Below, piece by piece: positions 1-13,800 of a stretch of 64,000 nucleotides of DNA. The translations under genes were made by a program, and so were the position numbers. How positions within the stretch are numbered: position 1 is the stretch's first letter; every line of letters starts with the position of its first letter. The notes under the pieces were generated by a model. The model searched no databases. It was not told where the DNA came from and saw only the letters and a program-made list of their open reading frames with translations. The stretch lies in NCBI GenBank assembly GCA_964016885.1, contig OZ024743.1, positions 65,534,001 to 65,598,000 of the forward strand, written 5' to 3'. This DNA is from Eledone cirrhosa (Eukaryota).

Positions 1-299
1 TATTTATTGACAAGAAGGATTATGTTGAGAAGGCCAATCTGTTCTGGCCTCTGTCAGTGTCGGAAATAAACCATAAACATTCCACTACATATTTCCCTTC
101 TCTCAATATCGACAACTCGTGTGAAGATTATGTAATGGTGTTACAATTCTCGCGGAGTTACCGTAGGATGACAGGCAAATTAAAACAGTGGCACGGTTTC
201 AAGCCTGAACGTGTTTTTACGGACAAAGGAGAGAGCCTCTACATAGCTGATCAGTCTGCTGGAAATACCAGTCCTATAAATGGAAGGACACTGTGTGAA

Positions 300-547
300 A
301 CAAAATGGCGTAGGACAGAACAAAGGAGAGGCACAGAAACAAAGAAAAGAATCCCCAGTCACTGAAGAGGTCACAGAGTGTGTGACGAAAGAACTATGAC
401 TATATATAAACAACTATCTGGTTGTGGAACCAACCAACCAACCAACCAGAAATTTATAAATTTATAAATTTATAAATATATAATAAATTGAAGTGAAAGC
501 AACTGGTGCGTGTGTTTCTTATTGGCAACATGACCCTCCCAAAGTAT

Positions 548-553
<6 letters not shown>
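300..553 (+). mobile_element. PLE pseudo-LTR 3'-end fragment, family A (HHR-bearing)
   Basis: Repeats at ~4384-4585 (+) and ~13489-13737 (-). Shares AAAATGGCGTAG, an HHR and the terminus TGACCCTCCC(C)AAA(G)TATAACAATA with the 3' end of the PLE at 39823-42363; ends in (TA)n. Confidence 0.75.
357..401 (+). ncRNA. Minimal type-I hammerhead ribozyme (family A)
   Basis: AGTCA-CTGAAGA-G-GTCACA gagtg TGTGAC-GAAA-GAAC-TA-TGACT: 5-bp helix I, 6-bp helix II, intact core, CUA site. Confidence 0.8.
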
Positions 554-579
<26 letters not shown>

Positions 580-580
<1 letters not shown>

Positions 581-753
581 ACAAAGGAAGTGTGGTAAGA
601 TTCCAGGTCGACCATATCGCACCAAAGTACTCGATACTTAGGGTAGTAGAGTGGGTAATAGGAAAAGAGTCAGGGCCCCGACGGCTGAGCTCCGGTCGTT
701 TCCACAGTTTGTCGAAACGGCGGGAGCTCAGCCGTCGGGGTCCCGAATCTTTT

Positions 754-757
<4 letters not shown>
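580..757 (-). mobile_element. Fold-back PLE-terminus element, family C (half hammerhead), copy 1
   Basis: Diverged homolog of 32373-32565, 42882-43068 and 59603-59795; terminal hairpin plus conserved tail; (TA)n on both sides. Confidence 0.7.
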
Positions 758-823
<66 letters not shown>

Positions 824-827
<4 letters not shown>

Positions 828-1545
828 TCTTAGTCTTAGATTCTTCCGCGCCGTTCGGCGCATCGAACAGGAACTACTCGCCAACGGTCACGATCAGCGG
901 CAACTTTTTCGAGACCGTGCCAGATGATGTTGGCTGCAACCAGGTCCTTCCGGAACGTTAGTCGCCAGGTGATCCTTGGGCAACCCCGCCTCCGTTTACC
1001 GCCAGGTGGAGTCCAGCTCAACGCTGTTTTCGAATGCCGTTCATTTGGCAGACGCAGAATATGGCCAGCCAGACGGCATCGACGCTCCGTGACCACTCTC
1101 TGTAGCGTCCACGACTCGGTTCTCCTCGTTTCGCACTCGGTTGCGCCAATACACACGAAGGACCTTTCGCAGGCCCCGCTGGAGGAAAGCGTTCAGCCGT
1201 CTCTCTATTTTTGCCGTACTCTTCCAGGTCTCGCTCGCATAAAGAACTGTCGGCAGCATGATGCTCTTGTACAGGCGGAGCTTGGTCTTGGTGCCAATGC
1301 AGGAAGACGACCAGTCTGGGCACAGCCGCTGGAAAACTGCGGCTCCTTTGCCGATCCGACAGTTGATGTCGAGCTCCGCGTCGCCGCTGCTTGTCAGGAT
1401 GCTGCCCAGATAGGTGAAGTGATCGACTTCCTCGAGTTCCTGTTGGTTGACTCTGATCACTGGACCTCTGTTGCTGGCCGTTCTCATGACCTTGGTCTTT
1501 TTGGTGTTGATTCTCAGGCCGATCTTTTCCGCACTCTCTTGTAGG
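824..1545 (-). mobile_element. RTE-clade LINE 3' fragment (frameshifted RT C-terminus)
   Basis: GLRINTKKTKVM, EEVDHFTYLGS, LYASETW and AGHILR..WTPPGGKRRRGCPRITW in two frames; short (CTAAGA)n tail. Confidence 0.88.
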
Positions 1546-1649
1546 GATGTTGTTAACAACATCTCTGTAGGCACATATAACAAGGTGCACCCTTTCATGT
1601 ATTGCCCACTGTGTATTTTTATGTGCCGTTATATGTATATTTTTTTATA

Positions 1650-1710
<61 letters not shown>

Positions 1711-1712
<2 letters not shown>

Positions 1713-3320
1713 ATGTCATTCTCAATGCCCGTAAGTCGCTGATTAATTTCGACGACTCTATTTGGATTTAACAAATCTAATAGTACCCCATTCGACGTGA
1801 TTATGGGCGCCAGCGATTCTGCGGAGGTTACTGATCTTATCGGCCTTTTCCTTCTTTTCTCTATCAAGGAAGAATTCCCCAATGTGGGCGGTGGTTTGTA
1901 CCGTGATGATGGTCTTTTGACCATGACAAAGTGCGGCCCACGTGCTTGCGACAGGTTCAGAAAAGAGCGTACAGCCTTCTTTAAAGGCTTCAACCTCTCC
2001 ATACAGGTTGAGGCCAACTTCTCGGTCGTTAATTACCTCGACGTTATCCTCAATTTGTCGAATGGCTTGCACTACTCGTATAGAAAGCCGAATGATACGC
2101 TTAATTACATAAGTAAGCATTCTAACCATCCTGCCAGCATAACCAAGAATCTGGTAAGAAACGTTTCTTTGAGGCTTTCCCGTCTATCTACTAATGAGCA
2201 TATTTTCAACGACCATTCCACATATTACAATGAAGCTCTTGCTCGGAGTGGATTTGTCGATAAGGTAGCATATACAGAGTACGAGAATAGACCTAGAAAA
2301 AATAGATCCCAACGCATTATATGGTATAACCCACCATATAATATGGAGGTGGCCACACCATTAGCTAAGATCTTTCTCTCCCTTATTATGAAGCATTTTC
2401 CCCCAACACATAAATATAGTAAAATTTTTAATAGAAATACCATTAAAATTTCTTACTCTACGACTCCTAACCTTGCACATAACATCACAGTTTCAAATTT
2501 AGCTAAACTACCTAGCCGTAGGAACACGTGCAACCCTGTAACTAGTATTACCTGTAATTGTAGGAATCGGGTTGACTGCACCCTATCCGGGAATTGCCTC
2601 TCTAGTAACATTGTCTGCAAATGTAAGGTTGAAACACCCACGTCCCGTAGGGCCTACATAGGGTTAACCGCCAATAGATTCAAGCAGCGTCTTTACATGC
2701 ATACCCATTCTTTTCTTAACCCTTTAAGAAGGAATATGACGTCACTTTCACCTTATATCTGGAGTCTAAAAGACTGGGAGATCCTAGCTAGGGCTAGATC
2801 GTATAACGGAAATAAAAGACCATGTGACCTCTGCGCCGCTGAGGCTCTGGAAATACTCTACGCCAAAGACCACATATTAAACAAAAAATCTGAGGCAATT
2901 TCGGCTTGTAAACATAAATTGCACCAAACTTTCCTGTATTACAGCCCCACATTATAGCCTAACGGATAGTACGAACTATACGCGGATATTTTACATCTTG
3001 ATGTGGTAGCTAAGTAAGCTTATTTGTATAGGTAAGTATATATTACCTGTATGTTTTATGAAAGTACGTATACTTTCTCGTACTTATATTTCATTGTATA
3101 TGTTATGGCGTATATATTATATATTCTGGTACATATGCATTTAGTTATGTGTATACGCGAGTTTTGCGTCTGTGTGAGTATGCGGGTTCGTACGTATGTA
3201 GGGTGTGTGTATATGTGTACTTTGTGTTTCGGTTGACGTACGTCTCCGAACATAGGTGTATTTACATGTAGGTATGTGTGCGCGCGCGTTATATACGTAT
3301 TTATTTATTTATATACGTTT
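1711..3320 (+). mobile_element. Penelope-like element, 5'-truncated (RT C-terminus + GIY-YIG); ORF 1797-2957
   Basis: MGASDSAE, GGLYRDD, IIWYNPPY, CNCRNRVDC..GNC linker, AYIG..RFKQR..H; (TA)n on both sides. Nematis-like assignment and 3' limit are tentative. Confidence 0.88.
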
Positions 3321-3321
3321 A

Positions 3322-3366
<45 letters not shown>

Positions 3367-3384
3367 GTAGATAAATCTACCAAA

Positions 3385-3531
3385 ATATACGGTACTTAAT
3401 TTTTCCTACCCCGTAAGTATGAAAAGCAAAGTTATCCTCGGCGGGATTTGAGCTCAGAAAGTAAAGCTCCATAACTCTATGCCGCAAAACATATTCCCCG
3501 ACGTTCTACCGATTCCGCCAATCTAACGCCC
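3385..3531 (-). mobile_element. tRNA-derived SINE, family S1, diverged partial copy
   Basis: Reverse complement of the S1 head and core. Confidence 0.7.
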
Positions 3532-3562
3532 TTACACTTGTTAATAACGGCAGTAATAAGAC

Positions 3563-3782
3563 AGCGGTGGATTGACAGTATCGGTAGAGAGTCGGACACC
3601 ATGCTTTGAAGCATAGAGTTACCTCCCTTTATGATCTGAGTTCAAAACCCGCCGAGGTTAACTTTGCCTTTCATCCTTACGGGGTCGATAAAATAAAGTA
3701 CCAGTCACGCACTGGGATCAATTTAATCGACTTTCCTCTCCCCCAAAATTGCTGGCCTTGTGCCTATATAAGAAACAATTAT
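3563..3782 (+). mobile_element. tRNA-derived SINE, family S1 (Nin-like core)
   Basis: A-box-like head, B box GAGTTCAAA, core GCCTTTCATCCTTACGGGGTCGATAAAATAAAGTACCAG, tail GCTGGCCTTGTGCC; many copies in the window. Confidence 0.85.
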
Positions 3783-4085
3783 TTAGTGTTAGAATTGTTC
3801 TTATAAGAAAACAAGAGCATCTTAGGGAAGAGTCTCAGTATGTTGTGAAAAACTTATTTCCCACGCTATAGTGAAGGATTGTTTTCCTGTTATGAATGAA
3901 ATAAAACAATTTCCACCTTTCAGAATAAACACATACAAAAATCACCAAGACATACACACCTACACACAGAGACATAACAGCATCCACATTCACACACACA
4001 CTTATGTATGTATATATGTATGTGTGTATTTATGTATGTGTGCGTGTGTTTATGTATGTATGCATGCATATATGTATGTATGTAC

Positions 4086-4350
4086 ATTTTGAGTACATTT
4101 TAACCGGCCACCTTCCTGGTGGCAAGGTTGTAAAAAAAAAGAAATTGTCATCCCTTGAATCGCAAGAATGTTTTGCAAATTTTGAAGGTGCCAGCTGTAG
4201 CAGCCATTTGTAGTCTATGAATTAGGGAGCTGCGCTCTTTTCCACAAATCCAAGTTCAGTCATACTTTGGTCCAAGCGGGTTGGTATATAACCCGTAGCT
4301 CCAATAATGATGGGTATGAAGCTGAAGGTGTATCTTGTATACTGGATCTG
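4086..4350 (-). mobile_element. RLE-type (R4/NeSL-like) non-LTR retrotransposon 3' end
   Basis: FIPIIIGATGYIP..LGF..LQMAATAGTFKICK matches the restriction-like endonuclease C-terminus; second copy at 10755-11009. Confidence 0.65.
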
Positions 4351-4383
4351 TGTTGTGTGTTCACAACACACAAAAGCAAGAGG

Positions 4384-4585
4384 GAGTAGGACAGAACAAA
4401 GGAGGGACACAAAATATAAACCTAGTCACTAAGAAGGCCATAGCATGTGTGACGAAAGAGCTTTGACAATATATAAACCATCCGGTTATCGAACCAACCA
4501 GCCGACCGAAATTTATGATAAATTGAAGTGAAAACTAACAGGTGTGTGTGTTTTTATTGACACCATGACCCTACCAAAGTATACC
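4384..4585 (+). mobile_element. Family A pseudo-LTR fragment with decayed HHR
   Basis: Homologous to 300-553; core mutated to CTAAGAA. Confidence 0.7.
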
Positions 4586-4591
4586 AATTTC

Positions 4592-4919
<328 letters not shown>

Positions 4920-5233
4920 GATATGATCTATTTTCCACTTCCCCTCAAAAATTGCCGGCCTTGTACCTAGATTAGAAATACATAACCATATTATGTATGG
5001 ACCACATATGTGTCTTTACTTACGCTGCGTTAGTGTTTACCACTACAATCAACACTACAATCACCACTACAAGAGAGAAAGAATGAGAGAGAGAAAGAGA
5101 GAAAGAGAGAAAGAGAGAGGCAGAGAATGACGGAGGGAGAGAAAGAGAGAGAAAGAGAGAGAGAGAGAGAAAATAGAAAAGAAAGAAAAGGAAAACAGGA
5201 AGTAAAAGAAGCGTAAATAAATAACAAAAAGAA

Positions 5234-5452
5234 AAAAAGGAACGATCGACTTTCGTCAAATTGGACCGAGGAATCAATGTTTCCATTGGTCTTTCCAATT
5301 GCTAGTACTATCTATCGGTCGCAACCCCAGGTAGAAGGAGCAACGTGAAATAAAATGTCTTGCTCAAGGACATAACGCATCGCCCGGTCTGGGAATCGAA
5401 CTCACGACCTCACGATTGCGAATCAAATTCTCTAACTACTCAGCCTCACGCA
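5234..5452 (-). mobile_element. tRNA-derived SINE, family S2 (CORE-like domain)
   Basis: tRNA-like head with GAGTTCGATTCC, then TGTCCTTGAGCAAGACA; copies at 29860-30085 and 35988-36082. Confidence 0.8.
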
Positions 5453-5982
5453 TTCAAAATAAGAAAAAGAAATGAAAAATAAGGCCAGAAATAGTACAGC
5501 TATTTTCATCGACTGTAGGATAAGGAATACCCTCCACAACAACAACAACAGCAACAATGGGAACAACAACAACAGCACTAAACAAAACAGAAACCAACAA
5601 ATAATGTCAAGAAAAACCCATCCCACATTTTGAATTGGTGAAAACAATACAACTATAAAGATGTTAATTTTGTCGACACTTGGACAAGGAATATCCCCCT
5701 CCTTCACACCATTAAACAACAACAACAATATAAAAGACAAAATAGCAACAAAAAACAGCAAAAAAAAAACGAAAAAAAAAGAAAAAAAAAACCGGCAAAA
5801 ATTCCCCCATCCTCACTTTGCCAATTGAAAAAAGAACAACAAAACAATGCAAGGTGTATTATGACCGGAAGCAGCAGACAAACGGCTGAAACGGAAGAAG
5901 TCAAGGAGTATGAACATGTGACCGACTTATGAAAGACAATCGGTATCTTTACTGAAAATATATCTTTATATTTATTTTATAT

Positions 5983-6021
5983 TTATATATGTATATATAT
6001 ATATATATCTATATATCTATA

Positions 6022-6089
<68 letters not shown>

Positions 6090-6127
6090 TGTATATATAT
6101 ATGTATATATAAATGATATATGCATGC

Positions 6128-6175
<48 letters not shown>

Positions 6176-6198
6176 GCATATATATATATATATATGCA

Positions 6199-6250
<52 letters not shown>

Positions 6251-6415
6251 TGCATATATATATATATATATATATGCATGCATATATATAAGTATATGCA
6301 TATATATATATATATATATATGTGTCTGTATGTATACAAGATATACTCGTATATATATATATACATGCATGTATATATGTATATATATATATGTATATAT
6401 ATATGTACATATGTA

Positions 6416-6469
<54 letters not shown>

Positions 6470-6524
6470 CATACATATATATATATATACATACATATAT
6501 ATATATATATATATACACGCACAT

Positions 6525-6558
<34 letters not shown>

Positions 6559-6568
6559 TTAGATATAT

Positions 6569-6616
<48 letters not shown>

Positions 6617-6622
6617 GTATAT
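5983..6622. repeat. Compound (TA)n/(CA)n microsatellite
   Basis: Directly visible; source of spurious YI-repeat ORFs. Confidence 0.95.
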
Positions 6623-6934
6623 AATCCACCAAACTTACGAATTCACACATTTCTATTCATATATATATGTACATATATACTAGATTCCGCTTTCTCTCAC
6701 TACCCTAATCCTGATCTCATTCCCATCCCACCCACTACCTTTCTTACAAACTCTTATTCATTCATAAACTCCTCATTCGTTTAGACTTGTATTCATGCTT
6801 TATAAACTGATACAGACACATATATACACATATATACATACACACACAAATATATATATATAATTGAGTTTGAATTATTTTCCCATATCTTACGTTAAAT
6901 ATTTTCCATCTTGACGTTATAGTCACTTATATAT

Positions 6935-7085
6935 TAATTGTTTCTACTTTAGGCACAAGGCCAGCAATTACCCAGTGCATTACTGGTACTTTATTTTATC
7001 TACCCCGTAAGGATGAAAGGCAAAGTCAACCTCGACGGGATTTGAACTCAGATCGTAAAGGGACGTAACTATGCTGGGAAATACT
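6935..7085 (-). mobile_element. SINE S1 copy
   Basis: Reverse complement of the S1 core and tail. Confidence 0.8.
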
Positions 7086-7156
7086 GTTGGCTTCTTGCTC
7101 ACATTAATTTCTCTATTTTCATTTATATATATAATATATATATATATAAAAACAAA

Positions 7157-7746
7157 TGGCCACTCACAGTAAAGTGATCAGTGAAAAAAAAACTTGGTAC
7201 ATCTACATATGTATACGTGTGTGTATTCATATACATACTAGTATTTCAGTATACATATATGGATGTACATCTTTGACTTAATTGTTTGAGCGTCAGTCAT
7301 ACAAAAGTGAGTTACAAACGAAACGAAATTTAATTTCGTTTCGTTATTTGTTTTTATCGTCTCCGTTGAACCGGTACTTACTCACACTCTATGCAAGTTG
7401 GTCTGCCCACTACTAATTTTCATAGAAAAAGCATATAGCGATATGTGCTTTTACGATTCTCTAGAGAGGCCGGAAGATAGGTAAATATTGCTGATGAGTT
7501 GTAACAACAACGAAACTAGTTCAATATTCCTTGTCTGGCTTTCTGGAGAATAGAGGAAAGGTGTTTCCTCAAAAACCAGTATGACTCTAAAAACCGGTTT
7601 GTCTGTGTGTTTACATACAGAATAGCTGGCCACTCACAGTAAAGTGATCAGTGAAAAAAAACTTGGTACATCTACATATGTATACGTGTGTGTATTCATA
7701 TACATACTAGTATTTCAGTATACATATATGGATGTACATCTTTGAC

Positions 7747-7752
<6 letters not shown>
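7157..7752 (+). mobile_element. Non-coding retrozyme-like module (470-bp period, ~126-bp terminal direct repeats)
   Basis: 7157-7283 matches 7627-7752 apart from poly-A length; internal intact HHR; TA-rich flanks. Confidence 0.7.
7484..7528 (+). ncRNA. Minimal type-I hammerhead ribozyme
   Basis: AATATTG-CTGATGA-GTTGT aaca ACAAC-GAAA-CTAG-TT-CAATATT: 7-bp helix I, 5-bp helix II, palindromic CTAG helix III, GUU site. Confidence 0.88.
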
Positions 7753-7815
<63 letters not shown>

Positions 7816-8054
7816 TAACAGATTAAAATTTAAGCAAAGAATCGCTGCTTTCACCCTTAAGGGGATCTTCTGCTGTTATTTTAATAAATATTTGCTCTAC
7901 GGTTCTTATATATTTGATATATATTTATCCTTATCGAGCCCTCTTTGGATTTTAGTCTTTAAATTTATTATTATTACTATATATATATATATATATATTT
8001 CGTTTCTGAATTTGTTTAGCAAGATTCTTTATCTGAAATCGTGTGTTGAAACCG

Positions 8055-8311
<257 letters not shown>

Positions 8312-9167
8312 TATGTATAGACATACGCTTTCACATATATATTATACATATGCACATATATGATTACATATATACACATATATATAGACATAAACTTTTA
8401 CATTTACATACGTGTACAATCACATACATTTATGCATACACATACACAATCACATACATTTATGCATGCACATACATATAGGCATACACATAGAAATATA
8501 TATATATTCATACACGTACACATATGTATATATATACGCATACACACAAAATCAATCTGATGCATATATATGCACAAAAACAACCATTTCATTCATGCAC
8601 ACTGATATACTATGCATATATATATATACATATATATATATATAAGTACGCACATACATACATACAAACATACATGCATACATACATTCATACATATATA
8701 CATTCATATATGCATGTATGTAAGTACGCACATACATACATACGTACTTTCATATATTCAAACACATGCATACATACGTTCATACATATATATACATTCT
8801 TATATGCATGTATGTTAGTACGCACATGATGACATGATGATTGCCCCCTCGTTATCGAGTATGGCCATTGCATGATATACCATTGTTGATAATTATTAAT
8901 TAATTCTATCGTGCAATGCCTGTGTGTGAAGATATTTTTTAAAGTGAGGAAAGACTGTGCATTAAGCCAATCCCACTCTCTGAGTGACAGTAGCTACAAC
9001 CCGAAAAGAAGAAAAGATCAACATCATCGGTAACTACTGAACCGCAGGTTTTATATTGGAGTTATCCCAGTTTCCTGAGTTGCCGTCTCCTAGAAGAATG
9101 CCCTGACAAAGGCTAGGGGTCCTTCACTCCCAGTGGTTTAACCGCGCGGTACATGTGTATATACATA

Positions 9168-9231
<64 letters not shown>

Positions 9232-9236
<5 letters not shown>

Positions 9237-9373
9237 GTACAGATATTTTTGCATACACAATAACAAAATATCAACAAACGTATTTATTTCACGAGGCTCG
9301 ATAAGGATAAATATAGATCAAATATATAAGAACACTAGAGCAAATCCCGAGCAACGCCGGGCCATTCTGCTAG
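9232..9373 (+). mobile_element. Helitron 3'-end remnant
   Basis: CCCG agcaacgc CGGG hairpin followed closely by CTAG(T). Confidence 0.55.
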
Positions 9374-10138
9374 TATATTATAAAATATCAGAATAGAATG
9401 CCGGATAAAATACCACATTGTTCCGACTCTTTACGTTCTGAGTTCAAATCTTGCCGAGGTCAACTTTGCCTTTTCAACATTGCTGGCCTTGGGTAATGTT
9501 AGAAAGAATTAATATATTAAATTGTTATGCCTCAACTTTCCCTGCACCATCTAGCTTAGTAGTTCCCAAACTTTTGTGTACCCTGCCACATCAGAACATC
9601 TCAGAAAGTGTTTTTGATGTGAAAATACCTCTCTTTGATATGACAACAGCGATGATCAACTGAAAAAGTAAACACATTGGCGTATAGGTGGTGCCAGATG
9701 TACAGGAGGATGTGAGACAGGAGTTTCCAACAGTAATGCATACCAAAGTAGCCTAGAGGTAAAATTAATTGGGTAAAACCTAAAGTTTGTCTCGATAAAA
9801 TCATTGATTTAGCCTTCAGTACATATATCAACGTATCGCTTATTTTCTTCAAATGAATTATATTTACCATAAATTGGTGTATTGCAAGATTTATTTGCTC
9901 TTGATAAGCTTTTCCTGATAATCAAATTCAATCCACACCATCAATTTTTTCATTTCTGAAACTAATACATATTACAAATATTTATTTTTTGAGTATCATA
10001 TGAAAAGCCCCATATGGCGAAACATCGATGTAACTGTCAATATTTAAATAATAAATGTATTCCTCTTCATCAACGCTTCCGGTTTTTAATTCACTTAATG
10101 TTTTGTTATTTTATATAACTAAAGGTAGCAAACAGTCC

Positions 10139-10176
<38 letters not shown>

Positions 10177-10179
<3 letters not shown>

Positions 10180-10394
10180 AAAAGTAAACAGAAATAACAA
10201 CACAATCGGTACATTATATGTTAACATTAGGTTAACGCTTGATATAGCAGGAAGAGGGTCTTAACGTTTCGAACGCTAGTCCTTCATTAGAAGAAAGAGT
10301 GAGAAATAACATAGATTCAGGGTACAGGCGGGTTGGAATTGGAAAAAATGTCATTAGATAAAAATAACAGGTCCATTCATATTGACATCTCTTG

Positions 10395-10397
<3 letters not shown>
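10177..10397 (-). mobile_element. Family B copy 2 (HHR scaffold 10259-10294)
   Basis: Reverse complement of 4592-4812; one end is duplicated in inverted orientation across the (TA)n at ~10477-10510. Confidence 0.7.
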
Positions 10398-10460
<63 letters not shown>

Positions 10461-10507
10461 ATATATATATATATATATTGCAAGAGATGTCAATATGAAT
10501 GGACCTG

Positions 10508-10561
<54 letters not shown>

Positions 10562-10754
10562 TAAATTAATAAAAACAATGAATAAAAACCAAAAAACAGT
10601 TCCTTATATTAAAAAATTCATGATTTTACGATCGTTTCTAGGATATATATGTGTGTGTTGGTATGTATATCATATAGATCTATGTAAACATTTTACAAAC
10701 TATCAGAGGGAATATATATATACACAATGCTTCAAGCAAACTTCAATACTCTCA

Positions 10755-11139
<385 letters not shown>

Positions 11140-11175
11140 GTTGAAAATTGCAAACTTGACTGTCACCACATATTA

Positions 11176-11214
11176 TGAACCTGAAGATTGCGAAAGCATG
11201 AAAGTACTTGTTCA
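11176..11214 (+). ncRNA. Minimal type-I hammerhead ribozyme
   Basis: TGAAC-CTGAAGA-T TGC gaaa GCA T-GAAA-GTAC-TT-GTTCA: 5-bp helix I, GNRA-capped helix II, palindromic GTAC. Confidence 0.8.
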
Positions 11215-11388
11215 ATTAACACTTAGAATTTAATATTCTATCATACTATTTCATTATAATACCATTATAGATTTTAAAGGATTGTAAATAAAACGAGTAA
11301 ATCAGACAAAGTTGGAATTCCTCTTATTAATATAATCTTCTATACACAATCATACACACCCGTGTATATTTACCTATCTATCTATCTA

Positions 11389-11450
<62 letters not shown>

Positions 11451-11479
11451 CACATACATGCACACATATATATATGTAC

Positions 11480-13130
11480 GTATGGATTCACCGAACATTT
11501 ATTATAATGCTCGGTGTGTTTGTAAACAAACATCCCGTATTAAGCCGTTGTGTCTAGCAACCATCGTTGCTCGTTTGTTCAACACTGACAAAGGAACGCT
11601 GTACTAGTTTCAAGCTTATTAGCTATCGTCAGCAACGTATACCTTCCTGCCAGATTGTTGAACGTATATACTTACCTTATGCATATTAACGGCTGAGTAG
11701 CCCAATTTGCATATCGAGTGGGTTAATCGGCCGGGTGCATATTACAAAGATTGAGAGTTAGGATAAATGGAAGAATTTAATAGACTTGACTATTGCAAAG
11801 TTTGGACCAAAATATTGAGTATTTAAAATTTTTGTCTTTTAACGACCATATAAGTTATGATAAAGAAGTAGAGAATTTCTTATCTGGATTCGAAAAAGAG
11901 TGCTTATGATTAGAAAATCTTAATTTAAAGCTCGATGAAGTTGCACCTATATAGTTGTAGGTGATGTTATTTGCTTTAACGGTACATTTATAAACTAAGT
12001 TCTTATCAAGGCAATTATTTTGCAAAGGGCAATTAGATCTATTTCTACAGTTACATTTCGATTTTCTGTTATTACTATAATTTAAACTGTACGCGTTATC
12101 ATTGCTAATACTTGCAGGTGTTCTATTGTAAGTGCTTAAATTAATGTTATTGTTATTCACAGTATCAATATTATTGCTAATGTTAATATTGTCATTATCA
12201 CTAATTCAGTATTGCTATGTTTAACTAGAGTAAATAATATATCATCCCTATATAAACCACCGGTAATCTCCGGCAATTTTCTATTTACCCTATTGAGGAT
12301 AAAAATTCCCGGAAGATCGGTAATTTGCGCAGAGTCAGACGATCCCATGGTAATGTCAAAATTTCTATTCCTATCAGAACGAGTCTAAAACTCATTATTA
12401 AAATTAATCAGGGTTCGTTTAGCCGTTAATATGATATTAATCTCCTCGCTAGTTAGATCTGTATGTTTATAAGCGTAAGACAAAGCCTTATTCAAGAGAT
12501 TAGGTGTTATAGATGAGTAGTAACTTGCTATGTCCATTTGAATGAATTTGTGATTTTTCTTATTTTCAATATTCCTAAACCAGTCTATTACTTCGCTAGT
12601 GTCCTTCCATAAGCTCAGCTTTGACTTCAATTACAATGTTGGCAAAATTCTATCAATAATATTTTTACTGATTACTCCAATGTCCGACTTAGAGGGAGCT
12701 ATCAGACTAACCGGCAAGTCCTCTTCGAAATTTCTTTTGTGATCCTTAAAATTTATCCGCGGCTGCCTTGGTATAAAAGGTTCGGTCTTTCTTTCGATTC
12801 CAAGTTTGGCTATTAATTCAAGCGCGTCATTATTGATGTCTAGTAGATCTTCAGCCTTTCTGTAATTCTTTCGCAGTTCTTTTAAAATTAAATCCTTATA
12901 TTCTGTTTTATCTATCCCATATAAGTTGTTGGTTTTGTCTGACTTCACCAATATTTTATTTACTTTTTTATATCTAAGATTTTTTCCTTCAGACTTCTAA
13001 GGGTTTTTTCTTAAATTTTATCTTCCTTAATATATTAAGAATTTCACTTTCAAAATCCTCCAGAAGTTTGTTGTATGGAGGATTTTTCCTAGATTTGAAG
13101 ATGTTTTCAAAATTATTGTTGTTGTTTTTC
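11480..13130 (-). mobile_element. Degenerate Penelope-like element (RT + GIY-YIG, stops and deletions)
   Basis: ORF pieces INFKDHK, MDIASYYSSI, MGSSDSAQITDL, GGLYRDD, CNCRNRSNCPL, VYKC..YIG; same type as 1711-3320. Confidence 0.88.
11596..11638 (-). ncRNA. Minimal type-I hammerhead ribozyme in PLE 3' region
   Basis: ACGTTG-CTGACGA-T AGCT aata AGCT T-GAAA-CTAG-TA-CAGCGT; same strand as, and downstream of, the PLE ORF. Confidence 0.85.
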
Positions 13131-13152
13131 CTTATATGTATATATATATATG

Positions 13153-13388
<236 letters not shown>

Positions 13389-13488
13389 AATGTATGTATA
13401 TATATTTCGTTTCTGAATTTTTTTAGCAAGATTCTTTATCTGAAAATGTGTGAAACCGATATTGTGTGAAACCGATATTGAAACCGAT

Positions 13489-13737
13489 ATTGTTATACTT
13501 TGGGAGGGTCATGTTGCCAATAAGAAACACACGCACCAGTTGCTTTCACTTCAATTTATTATAATAAATTTATAAATTCATGAATTTATAAATTTCCGGT
13601 TGGTTGGTTGGTTCCACAACCAGATGGTTGATTATATATTGTCAAAGTTCTTTCGCCACACATTCTGTGACCTCTTCAGTGACTGGGGATTCTTTTCTTT
13701 GTTTTTGTGCCTCTCCTTTGTTCTGTCCTACGCCATC
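13489..13737 (-). mobile_element. Family A pseudo-LTR fragment with intact-core HHR (13641-13684)
   Basis: GTCA-CTGAAGA-GGTCACAGAATGTGTGGC-GAAA-GAAC-TT-TGAC on the minus strand. Confidence 0.75.
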
Positions 13738-13800
13738 TTGGCAGACTGCCAAGACTGGAATTGAACCATCAGCACAGTTGAGGTATGTCAGACATCAATT

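Noticed and set aside
3563-3660. tRNA genes
   Set aside because: A/B boxes belong to SINE heads followed by SINE core and tail; no full cloverleaf.
5983-6683. Long YI/HT/CV/LS-repeat ORFs here and throughout the window
   Set aside because: Translations of (TA)n, (CA)n and (TC)n microsatellites with no coding signal.
7840-7880. HHR-like CAGAAGA-TCCCCTTAAGGGT-GAAA on the minus strand
   Set aside because: Core mutated, no NUH and no helix I; too decayed to call.
10000-10036. ATGAAAA-GCC..GGC-GAAA-CATCGATG-TA as a functional HHR
   Set aside because: Helices II and III fit, possibly a U3-A8 relic, but position 3 and helix I are broken; counted only as a decayed remnant.
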